Source of the DNA: an uncultured virus (IMG/VR IMGVR_UViG_3300044971_002243)
Taxonomy: Duplodnaviria; Heunggongvirae; Uroviricota; Caudoviricetes
Virus record (IMG/VR): IMGVR_UViG_3300044971_002243
Reading direction: 5' to 3' (one strand)
Length of the DNA: 20,000 nt
Shown: piece by piece, positions 5,549-13,102 of the stretch
Numbering within the stretch: position 1 is the first letter of the stretch
Layout of the letters: each line of letters opens with the position of its first letter
Position numbers and translations under genes: made by a program
The notes under the pieces: model-generated
Database searches by the model: none
The model's input: the letters and a program-made list of their open reading frames with translations, nothing else
Told to the model about the DNA's origin: nothing

Positions 5549-8105
5549 ATATAGTTTGTCTTTCAATTAAAAACTTAATAGCCTTTGCTTCTCTTTCACG
5601 AAGGTCACCACCTGGTCTACTGAATGTATTGTTTTGATTTATCACTGTAGATAAATCTGTAAATGATGGGCGACCCTTTATAAACAAATCTTCAAGAACT
5701 CTTAATCCTGATGCTAATTGATTTGATGCCGCATCTAAAATTTGACCACCAGTTTGTGAAGCTTGATTCATTGCGGGTCCTACTGTGCCAGCTGCACCCT
5801 TAACATCTTCAACTGCATTTGATGCCATATTTTTAATAACACTAGCTTCTCTTCCACCACGAATTGCTGTAGCAATTGTAAATCCTTCTTTAGGATGTTT
5901 TTGTGAAGATACTTCACCATGTCCATAACTTTCTGATTTTGGAAAACCATATTTTTTAGCAAGTTGTTCTTCTAGTGCTGATGCAGCGGCTAATTGTTCG
6001 GGTGTAACGTCGGTATCATCTTTAGCAACCATTGAAATACTAACAGTGTTAGAATTATTCAACTCTGGTTTTTTATTTGTGTGTCCGGCATGCCAACCAA
6101 CTAAATTGTCTGGTAAAACATTTACGATTCTACCATCACGGTCAACCAAATAATGATATGATAGTTTTCTGCTCTGTAAAGTTTTTATTGCGACATCTAA
6201 TCCTCTTCCGCCCGTATGATGTATGATTACACCTTTCGTTGACGTTCTAGGTCCACCAAAACCTAGACCATCAACTTTGCGACTCTCTACGTTAGTAGAA
6301 ACGTTGGGCGCAGAAACAGCAGTAGGCGTTGTCATCGATGCTGCTGGCGCTGTTGGCGATGAAGATGCTGCAGGTGCGGATGCGGGTGCAGGCGATGGTG
6401 AAGACGACGGTGCAGAAGTTGATGTAGAAGATGCTTTTGGTCCGGAAGATGGTGTGGAAGATGCTGTAGAAGATGTTGTAGAAGATGCTGTTGTGGCCGC
6501 AGGTGTAGGTGCAGGTCCTGTTGTTGGTGTAGCAACTGGCGCAGCGACTGGTGTTGGTGTTGTATCTGGATTATCTTTTAACCAGCTTTCAACTTCAGCT
6601 TTGATTTCTGGATAATAACCACCATCTTGTTTTTCACCATCTGTAGATACAAATAAGAGTTCATAAATTCCATAAAACATCATTAATGCGTCATAAGCAG
6701 CTAGAACTACCATTATTGCTGTAACAACTCCTCCTGTGGCTACTCCAGCTGCTGCCATCGCTACTCTTGACATTAATAGAGCTGCCTTTTCTCCTAATTT
6801 TGCTGCTATTCTTGTTCCTATTTTTTTCAATATTCTAGGATTTTTGCCAATAGCTTTAAATATTCTACCCGTAGACTCAATTCGTTTCTTAGCCCAACTT
6901 TTAAGGCTATCTAAAGTCTCTAAACCTAGACTTTTGGCTTTTTTGATGACTCTTTCACCAAAATCAGTAATCTTACCAAAAACTTTCTTTGCGCCTTCTT
7001 TTAAATCACTATATACTTCACCAATTTTTTTTGTAGTTTTTTCATATCCTTCTTTAATAGAATCTTTAAAACTTTTTTCTTTTGGCATTTCAGCTTTTGG
7101 TTTACCTTTACCTTTTCTATCTCCGTCAGGTAAGTCTAAACAATCACATGCTGAATTTTTAAGGTCTTGAAAACTCATACCCATGAGTTGTTTGCCCTTT
7201 TCTCTCAAATAAAAAGCAAATACTGTCCACGCCGCAGCTAATGCTCCCATTTTTGCAACCCATAATAAACCATCATGAAGAAGTGTAGAACTTTTACCCG
7301 TTTCTGGATCTTTAAACTCTGTCGTAAATAGTGTAGAAATAAAACTCCACGCTGCAACAAATATTTCTTTTAATCCATCTGATATTCTAGGATCAATTCC
7401 ACCAGAAAAAATTGACCCTAATGTTTGAAGTGAGAGAACTAAAGCATTTTTTATTTCCATAAAAACATCAAATGTTGATTGTTTAATTGTTTCCCAATTA
7501 TCCATAACCAACTTTGATATGATTTCATAAGATGCTTTTATTCCTGCAACAACGGCTTTGAATACTGCAACAACAACATTTTTAAGAGTTTCCAATACCT
7601 CACTGTCACGCAGTAAACTAATTACAAGCGTTGCAGACGCTACAATTAAAGTTCCTAGAAATTTGAAAAAACCGACTGCTAAATTGTAGAGAGACTGTTG
7701 AACATTGGAATCTGAAAACACATCACGAACAAATGAAATTGTTTTTTTAATCAAATCAACTATTGAAGATAGGGAATCTTTAACAAATTTAAAGATGTAT
7801 TCACCAATACCCGATTTTTTTATTATTGAAAATAAGCCTGATATACCAACAAAAACAAAAAGCGTTTTCATTATTCCAGAGAGTCCACTTATGATACTCA
7901 TTAAAGATAATTGTGAACTATCTTTTGGTGATATTTTTCTTACTTGAGTTGGTTTCTGAAATCTAGATTTATAAGATTGTTGTTTTGCACGTGTATCATC
8001 AAACTTCTTTTGAAGTTTTTCTTGCTCTTTTACTTTTACAATCTTTAAAATATTTGATTGTACTTGTTTAAAACTCAAAGCAACTGAAGCTAAAGCTGGA
8101 ATCAT
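5547..8105 (-). CDS. Large tail/baseplate-hub (tape-measure-like) protein with C-terminal N-acetylmuramoyl-L-alanine amidase (Amidase_2) domain
   Basis: Long helical N-terminal region, P/T/S/A linker, then GVIIHHTGG, SYHYLVDRDGRI, VGWHAG, NSNTVSI, YGHGEV. The amidase domain is well supported; the tape-measure role is inferred from position and composition. Confidence 0.7.
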   Translation of the reverse strand: MIPALASVALSFKQVQSNILKIVKVKEQEKLQKKFDDTRAKQQSYKSRFQKPTQVRKISPKDSSQLSLMSIISGLSGIMKTLFVFVGISGLFSIIKKSGIGEYIFKFVKDSLSSIVDLIKKTISFVRDVFSDSNVQQSLYNLAVGFFKFLGTLIVASATLVISLLRDSEVLETLKNVVVAVFKAVVAGIKASYEIISKLVMDNWETIKQSTFDVFMEIKNALVLSLQTLGSIFSGGIDPRISDGLKEIFVAAWSFISTLFTTEFKDPETGKSSTLLHDGLLWVAKMGALAAAWTVFAFYLREKGKQLMGMSFQDLKNSACDCLDLPDGDRKGKGKPKAEMPKEKSFKDSIKEGYEKTTKKIGEVYSDLKEGAKKVFGKITDFGERVIKKAKSLGLETLDSLKSWAKKRIESTGRIFKAIGKNPRILKKIGTRIAAKLGEKAALLMSRVAMAAAGVATGGVVTAIMVVLAAYDALMMFYGIYELLFVSTDGEKQDGGYYPEIKAEVESWLKDNPDTTPTPVAAPVATPTTGPAPTPAATTASSTTSSTASSTPSSGPKASSTSTSAPSSSPSPAPASAPAASSSPTAPAASMTTPTAVSAPNVSTNVESRKVDGLGFGGPRTSTKGVIIHHTGGRGLDVAIKTLQSRKLSYHYLVDRDGRIVNVLPDNLVGWHAGHTNKKPELNNSNTVSISMVAKDDTDVTPEQLAAASALEEQLAKKYGFPKSESYGHGEVSSQKHPKEGFTIATAIRGGREASVIKNMASNAVEDVKGAAGTVGPAMNQASQTGGQILDAASNQLASGLRVLEDLFIKGRPSFTDLSTVINQNNTFSRPGGDLREREAKAIKFLIERQTI
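6290..6565 (-). repeat. Low-complexity Pro/Ala/Ser/Thr linker coding region
   Basis: TPTPVAAPVATPTTGPAPTPAATTASSTTSSTASST...; recurring gaagatgctgt/gaagatgttgta units on the + strand. Confidence 0.7.
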
Positions 8106-8106
8106 T

Positions 8107-10371
8107 TTATGATTTTCTCATTCTGGATAAAAGATTTTCATCATGTACAGATGGTGTTTTTTCGTCCATAGCAACGTTGTCTGTTGTACTTACATTTTTA
8201 GATGCATCAGCAAAAATTGGAGTTGAAAATGCTTCCAAGAAACTTTTATCTCTTAGAAGTGCTTGAAGTTCAGTAGATGCTAACCCAAGTTTTCCTCCAG
8301 TAGCTTTATCTAAATCTGTTAATCCAGTTGATAAAGCACCTACCAATGTGCTTATCGCACTTCCTCCATCAGTTTTATTCTCTGTGTCCGATGAGGGTGA
8401 CGATTTTGGCTCTTGAGGCTGCATTGAAGGCGAAGCCATATCAGGAGCTGTTGCTGCTGCGGCTTGTGTTGGTATAGATTTGCTTGGTCTCTGTTCGTTT
8501 GGCGTGGAAGAAGCTACTGTTGTGGGTGAGCCACCAGTCAATAGGGGATCATAACCCCTAAAAATATCTGCACGTAAATCTGCATGTTTAGCATGATGTT
8601 TACTTTCTACCATCACACCATTTTTTTGATATGTTCTTGCTTTCTGCTGAATTATCTGTGCTGCTTTATTCATATCGCCCGATTTGATTGCATCAGCAAG
8701 GTCTTTTGTAATTAAGCCTGGACCCCCAGCAAAACTTAAATCCATTAATGCATATTGTTGCATAGGATTCAGACCACTCCAAACATCTTGACCAGCAAGT
8801 TTGTTTATCTGTCTTTTTGCTCCATTTGCGTGATTCATTACATCCTGAATGTACAAGTCTTTGACTTGTTGTTCAGTTAAAGGTGTGTTTCTGTCTGCTT
8901 TAACGAATCTACCACCAATAAACACACCACCTTTGTCTTGTTCTTCTTTACTTAACTTGTGTCCTATGCCAATTGTATCTGTTCCACCTTCTGGACTAGC
9001 GTAAGCCAATGTTCTGAAACCTTCACGTTTCTTTTTACGCTCAAATTCCATGCCAATATATTCTTCAAGTGATTTGGGCATACCCGCAGGATTTTGATTC
9101 ACTGGTCGTGACGGTGTTGGTGATGGACTCGGTGATGGACTCGGTGATGGTGCCGGTGAGGGCGATGGTCCGGGTGATGGACTTGGTGATGGACTTGGTG
9201 AAGGTCCTGGACCAGTTGGTCTGTCTGTTCTGTCTGGCGTCATTGCGTCATATGCAGTATAAGCAACACCCGCAACTACGCCTAGACCCATAAGCTTATC
9301 TACTCTGGAGTATCCTGATTTTTTACCGGGTACATTACCACCTTTTCCGCCACCACCGCCACCGCCACCGCCACCTAAACCAGCGGCTTTCATGCCCGCT
9401 CCCTGCAATGAACCAATAAAAAATTGCATAGCACCTTGAAGCACAGCAGTTGCTACTGCTAATCCAATGAGTGCTTGCTTTAGAGTGACTTTTCCACCTT
9501 CCCATTCAAATATGGGCATGTTCATCACTTCACCGATGAAATTCAGAATAGCGTTTACAATGTATTGGAACTGTTTTTTAACTTCTTCGTTGCTCACAAT
9601 ATTTTGACCAATTTTTAAAGCGCCAACGATTACGTCTTTAATGACCAAGAATACGCTTATAGCACCTTCTTTTAGTGCATCGGAGTTTTCTGATAGAAGA
9701 TTTTTGGTTACACTGTATGCAGCTTTAATAGCATTTGCAATTCCACTGATAATTGCTACAATAACACCACTAATTGTTTGTTGATTTTCAGGATCACTTA
9801 CAAACTTACTGAAGAAGTTTGCGCCAGAAACAATAGCATCACCAATAAATTTAAAAACAGATTTTGCTACATTAAAAATTGAATTTATAACTTCTTGGTC
9901 ATTTAATATATTTCGAATGAAAGACATCCCTTTTTGAAGAACATCTGATATATTGATGATTAATTTTTTAGTCAAATCTGTTATGGTACCCATAACATCA
10001 GACATATTCAGAAGCTTTGAGATTCCTATTGATGCTAATCCAACCAAAGCAAACTTGAAGATACCAGAAAGAACATCTTTTATCATTTCCAAAAAAGATT
10101 TTTTATCTTCTTTGACTATATTTTTTTCAACTTTTGTTGGACCCTTTTTATATTTTGCAGCATAATCATCGGCTCTCTGTCTTTGACGAGCGACCGCACT
10201 GGCTTTCTTCTCATCTTCAAAAAGTTTGGTAAGTTTTAAGACACTTATTTTTAATAAAGAAACGTCTTTTGCAAGTGTCTCAAGTGTCTTTTCAGTTTTT
10301 ACTTTAAAAGATGGATTATTGGGATCTGTAATAAATTTTCCGGTTTTTGGATCTCTTAATTGATTTGCCAT
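8107..10371 (-). CDS. Large tail/baseplate-hub (tape-measure-like) protein with GH24-like (T4 lysozyme-like) domain
   Basis: Helical N-terminal region, poly-Gly, (PS)n linker, then REGFRTLAY.SPEGGTDTIGIGHK and ALMDLSF.GG, resembling phage lysozyme. Confidence 0.7.
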   Translation of the reverse strand: MANQLRDPKTGKFITDPNNPSFKVKTEKTLETLAKDVSLLKISVLKLTKLFEDEKKASAVARQRQRADDYAAKYKKGPTKVEKNIVKEDKKSFLEMIKDVLSGIFKFALVGLASIGISKLLNMSDVMGTITDLTKKLIINISDVLQKGMSFIRNILNDQEVINSIFNVAKSVFKFIGDAIVSGANFFSKFVSDPENQQTISGVIVAIISGIANAIKAAYSVTKNLLSENSDALKEGAISVFLVIKDVIVGALKIGQNIVSNEEVKKQFQYIVNAILNFIGEVMNMPIFEWEGGKVTLKQALIGLAVATAVLQGAMQFFIGSLQGAGMKAAGLGGGGGGGGGGKGGNVPGKKSGYSRVDKLMGLGVVAGVAYTAYDAMTPDRTDRPTGPGPSPSPSPSPSPGPSPSPAPSPSPSPSPSPTPSRPVNQNPAGMPKSLEEYIGMEFERKKKREGFRTLAYASPEGGTDTIGIGHKLSKEEQDKGGVFIGGRFVKADRNTPLTEQQVKDLYIQDVMNHANGAKRQINKLAGQDVWSGLNPMQQYALMDLSFAGGPGLITKDLADAIKSGDMNKAAQIIQQKARTYQKNGVMVESKHHAKHADLRADIFRGYDPLLTGGSPTTVASSTPNEQRPSKSIPTQAAAATAPDMASPSMQPQEPKSSPSSDTENKTDGGSAISTLVGALSTGLTDLDKATGGKLGLASTELQALLRDKSFLEAFSTPIFADASKNVSTTDNVAMDEKTPSVHDENLLSRMRKS
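9112..9210 (-). repeat. Tandem 6/12-bp repeat encoding (Pro-Ser)n
   Basis: + strand ggtgatggactc / ggtgatggactt units; protein GPSPSPSPSPSPGPSPSPAPSPSPSPSPSPTP. Confidence 0.85.
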
Positions 10372-10374
10372 TTT

Positions 10375-10578
10375 TTATTTACCAGATTGTCTTCTTTCTT
10401 CTTTTACTCTTTCTGCTTCTTCGTTCAAATGTTTGATTAACAAATCTATGTAAACTTGTCTTTCCCAAGGTATCAAATTATCCAATTCAGTCAAACTATA
10501 TTTGTGATGCTGCATCAAAGCAAAGTTAGTTTGAAAGTAATTACCTAATGTCTCATGACTAAATGTTATACGAAAAAA
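10375..10578 (-). CDS. gp51-like baseplate hub assembly ORF, probably expressed as a -1 frameshift extension of the gp26-like gene
   Basis: L.NYFQTNFALMQHHKYSLTELDNLIPWER.VY..LL motif typical of small T4-like 'gp51' ORFs. No credible start or RBS ahead of the conserved part; the frame is entered at slippery T_TTT_TTC (10578-10572). Confidence 0.75.
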   Translation of the reverse strand, partial: FFRITFSHETLGNYFQTNFALMQHHKYSLTELDNLIPWERQVYIDLLIKHLNEEAERVKEERRQSGK

Positions 10579-11297
10579 CTTTGGACGCCTTCCAAAGTGA
10601 TGTCTTCGTCGTAACCGCATTTATCGCAATGAAAGTGAACATCTTTTTTCAGTTTAGGCAATGATGTAAAAAATGCAGAGAGTTTTTCTAAATCACCCTG
10701 TTTCATATTTTCAACAAATTCAACAAGTTCTTCTTTTCGTGTATCTTTAGCGTAGTAAACTTGTTCATCATCATAAATGTAATCAATACATGAAACAATT
10801 ACGTTTAAAATCTGTTGCATATCTTGACCGTCTAAGTCATTACTATCAATTGAGCCAAATGTAGGATACTTTAAAACAACACCAATTTTGTCTGTAATCT
10901 GTATCTTGTTAGAGTGATTTTCATTTCTTGTTGGAGTAATCTCTAAAACATTAACATCAATTTTTACCAAATTGCCACATTTCTTCTCTTCACCTTTTTC
11001 CATTACATCATTATTACAATTGAATCTTAGATTTACGACCTCTCCGATTGATCTTGCACGAAGTTGTAAAAACAAATATTCAATGTCAAAAGTGGCCATG
11101 TTATCAATATCGATATCGTCAAGCACACAGTTTCTTAAAACTTGTTTGATGGCATTGATCGTATCTTTAGGCTCACTTGTCTCTGCTGCCATCAAAAATA
11201 TTTTCTGTTCTTTTACCAGAAAAGGTCTAAATCTAATTGTTTGTTTATTAGAAATTAGTGTTGTTTCGTAAATAGGTACGTCTAGTTTAGGTAACAT
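10566..11297 (-). CDS. gp26: Baseplate hub assembly protein, T4 gp26-like
   Basis: MLPKLDVPIYE, FRPFLVKEQKI, FDIEYLFLQLRARSIGE, C..C motifs, C-terminal EGVQSFF; RBS GAGG. Confidence 0.85.
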   Translation of the reverse strand: MLPKLDVPIYETTLISNKQTIRFRPFLVKEQKIFLMAAETSEPKDTINAIKQVLRNCVLDDIDIDNMATFDIEYLFLQLRARSIGEVVNLRFNCNNDVMEKGEEKKCGNLVKIDVNVLEITPTRNENHSNKIQITDKIGVVLKYPTFGSIDSNDLDGQDMQQILNVIVSCIDYIYDDEQVYYAKDTRKEELVEFVENMKQGDLEKLSAFFTSLPKLKKDVHFHCDKCGYDEDITLEGVQSFFV

Positions 11298-11313
11298 AAT
11301 ATCCTCACTTTAA

Positions 11314-12045
11314 TTAAAAAATTGCTCTTGTAATAGCTCCAGCACCGCCTTGAACCGCTGATGTAATAATATTTCCAATATCATATTTACTATCAAGAAT
11401 TGGCTCATATCTACGATATGCAAACTGAACGCTTAAACGATGAAAGCCATCATCACCCCATGATAGTTGTTGTGCAGCAATGTTTATCGGAAAAGCATCT
11501 AAAAATTTTACAGCAAAAATCTGTTTGACATCATCGTTATATTGTTTGACTGTAATTTCAGTCATGTACTTTGTGTTTTGACCTTTAGGAAAACGCATGT
11601 TAAATGTATCTGTTGGCATAATAGCTTCTGTCCAACGCTCAAATAGCTTTCTCTCATAGAAGTCGTTTGTGCAAACAAACGTTAAAGTTGTTTCACCATA
11701 TTGAACTTGATATGGAATTTTGTAAGTTGGTCCATAAATTTTTACATCTTCAGTTACAAAACTTTTGCCAGGCAATTCTGCTGACTCACACTGAAGAGCA
11801 AGATATCTTGTCATACCAGGATTAGCGCCAAAGTTTTCACCCTGTCTTCCTAGAGCAGAGTTGATGGCGCTGCTTACATCCGACATAATTGAATTAGGAA
11901 AATTCAGAATTCTTTCAATCAAAGAATTGCTAATGTATTCTCCGATATATGGAGGTATTGGTAAAATGACTTCAAATCTGTTTGTCCTTGCAAGACCTTC
12001 TTTTGCATTGACGTTAGATAAAAATGCGTTAGGTGAAAATGACAT
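11314..12045 (-). CDS. Tail tube family protein (gp54 tube initiator / gp19-like)
   Basis: GLARTNRFEV, LQCESAELPG, YGPTYKIPY, FERW, DAFPINI....LSW, LSVQFAY. Confidence 0.75.
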   Translation of the reverse strand: MSFSPNAFLSNVNAKEGLARTNRFEVILPIPPYIGEYISNSLIERILNFPNSIMSDVSSAINSALGRQGENFGANPGMTRYLALQCESAELPGKSFVTEDVKIYGPTYKIPYQVQYGETTLTFVCTNDFYERKLFERWTEAIMPTDTFNMRFPKGQNTKYMTEITVKQYNDDVKQIFAVKFLDAFPINIAAQQLSWGDDGFHRLSVQFAYRRYEPILDSKYDIGNIITSAVQGGAGAITRAIF

Positions 12046-12626
12046 TAAAATTGTTCCTTTGATTCCATCCAGACTTTATTTTTTCGTTCTTTAGCAAACT
12101 GTTCGACTGGCAATAACGCTGCAATATCCCATTCATCTGCTGTAATTTCCAAAAACCTAGACTTCACATGCATAAACAAATATTTTTTCATACATGGCTT
12201 TGCTTCAAAAATTCTTGATGCAGCCCTTAGATATTCGTAGCTTATCTTTAACTTAGTTGTCTCATCATACTCATGATTGTTCATAATTGTACTGAGTTTA
12301 TCCAGCAAAGTTATTCTATATTTTGGACTAATGTAATGTAAGTTAATTCCAAGAAATCCGTCAGGATATCTTTTAATTGGTATGACAAGAGGAAATTTGT
12401 CATAATAGGGTAATTCGTCTTTTAGTTTAGGATCGTAGAAGTAGAAGTACATTCTTCCAATCAGAGACTTCTCACGAACTCTCATTCTATCCCGCATGAG
12501 GTCTTTACGAGAAACACGCAAATTTATCATCTTTGCCTTCAACCATTGACGGGCAATTCTTGTGCGTGGTTCCAGACCCTCTTTTGCTAGAGATTCTTTA
12601 ATTCTGTCTATTAGTCTTTTGGCCAT
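12045..12626 (-). CDS. gp2: DNA end protector protein, T4 gp2-like
   Basis: GRMYFYFYDPK.K..LPYYDKFPLV, GFLGINLHY; adjacent to gp4; ATG at 12626. Confidence 0.9.
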   Translation of the reverse strand: MAKRLIDRIKESLAKEGLEPRTRIARQWLKAKMINLRVSRKDLMRDRMRVREKSLIGRMYFYFYDPKLKDELPYYDKFPLVIPIKRYPDGFLGINLHYISPKYRITLLDKLSTIMNNHEYDETTKLKISYEYLRAASRIFEAKPCMKKYLFMHVKSRFLEITADEWDIAALLPVEQFAKERKNKVWMESKEQF

Positions 12627-12630
12627 CAAC

Positions 12631-12638
12631 TATTTAGT
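12631..12638 (-). promoter_or_regulatory. Putative late promoter ACTAAATA, 4 nt before the gp2 ATG
   Basis: Minus strand ACTAAATA-GTTG-ATG. Confidence 0.6.
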
Positions 12639-13070
12639 CTAAATTCCTAAGTCTTTTTCTGTGAGAATTTGGAATTTCCAACCACGTTCGTGACAAAATT
12701 CGTCGGCAGCTTTCCACTTTTGTTGATTAACAATGTAAGTGTACGATTCTTGTATGTACCTTTTTGTTTTTCTTTGTTGCTTTGGCGGCTGTGTTTGGCA
12801 CTCCGGCTTGACTTCAATGATATAAGTCATTACGGTATTGTCTTTTCTTTTGACTTTTGCTATGAAATCCGGAAAGTATCTATGCATTTTTTTGTCTACG
12901 GGATTATAATATGGTATGGGAAGTTCTTCTGAACCCCACCAAATGACTGCCGGATTGTTGTCTAAATATTTCATAACACGCACCTCCCATGATGAACGAT
13001 ATATGATATTCGTTGCATCTCCCTTGTATTTTTCTGGATGTTTGGGTGTGAATTTACCTTTGTATGACAT
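12639..13070 (-). CDS. gp4: Head completion nuclease, T4 gp4-like
   Basis: YKGKF.P..P.KYKGD...IIYRSSWE, WGSEE..IPY, HRYFPDF, IEVKP..QT.PP, ILTEKDL. Confidence 0.93.
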   Translation of the reverse strand: MSYKGKFTPKHPEKYKGDATNIIYRSSWEVRVMKYLDNNPAVIWWGSEELPIPYYNPVDKKMHRYFPDFIAKVKRKDNTVMTYIIEVKPECQTQPPKQQRKTKRYIQESYTYIVNQQKWKAADEFCHERGWKFQILTEKDLGI

Positions 13071-13083
13071 AAATATATCTAGT
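13068..13083. promoter_or_regulatory. Overlapping divergent late promoter-like motifs
   Basis: + strand CATAAATA (13068-13075) toward gp48; - strand ACTAGATA (13083-13076) 5 nt before the gp4 ATG. Confidence 0.5.
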
Positions 13084-13102
13084 CAACTTACTAGGAAACT
13101 CC

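Noticed and set aside
6223..7170. Plus-strand ORFs of 130 and 144 aa, and other short antisense ORFs in the track
   Set aside because: Shadow frames opposite well-supported genes or low-complexity linkers; no RBS or recognisable motifs.
9112..9380. Repeats as a CRISPR array or DGR-type repeat
   Set aside because: They are short in-frame tandem units encoding (PS)n and poly-Gly, with no spacers, cas genes or reverse transcriptase nearby.
10579..10620. ATG 10620 as the start of the gp51-like ORF (MRLRRRHHFGRRPK)
   Set aside because: It lies inside gp26-like coding sequence, gives an implausible N-terminus and has no RBS; frameshift entry explains the ORF better.
12639..13070. TnsA-like transposase or mobile element
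   Set aside because: The PD-(D/E)xK fold is shared, but the sequence and its position next to gp2 identify T4 gp4; no transposon ends or other tns genes are seen.
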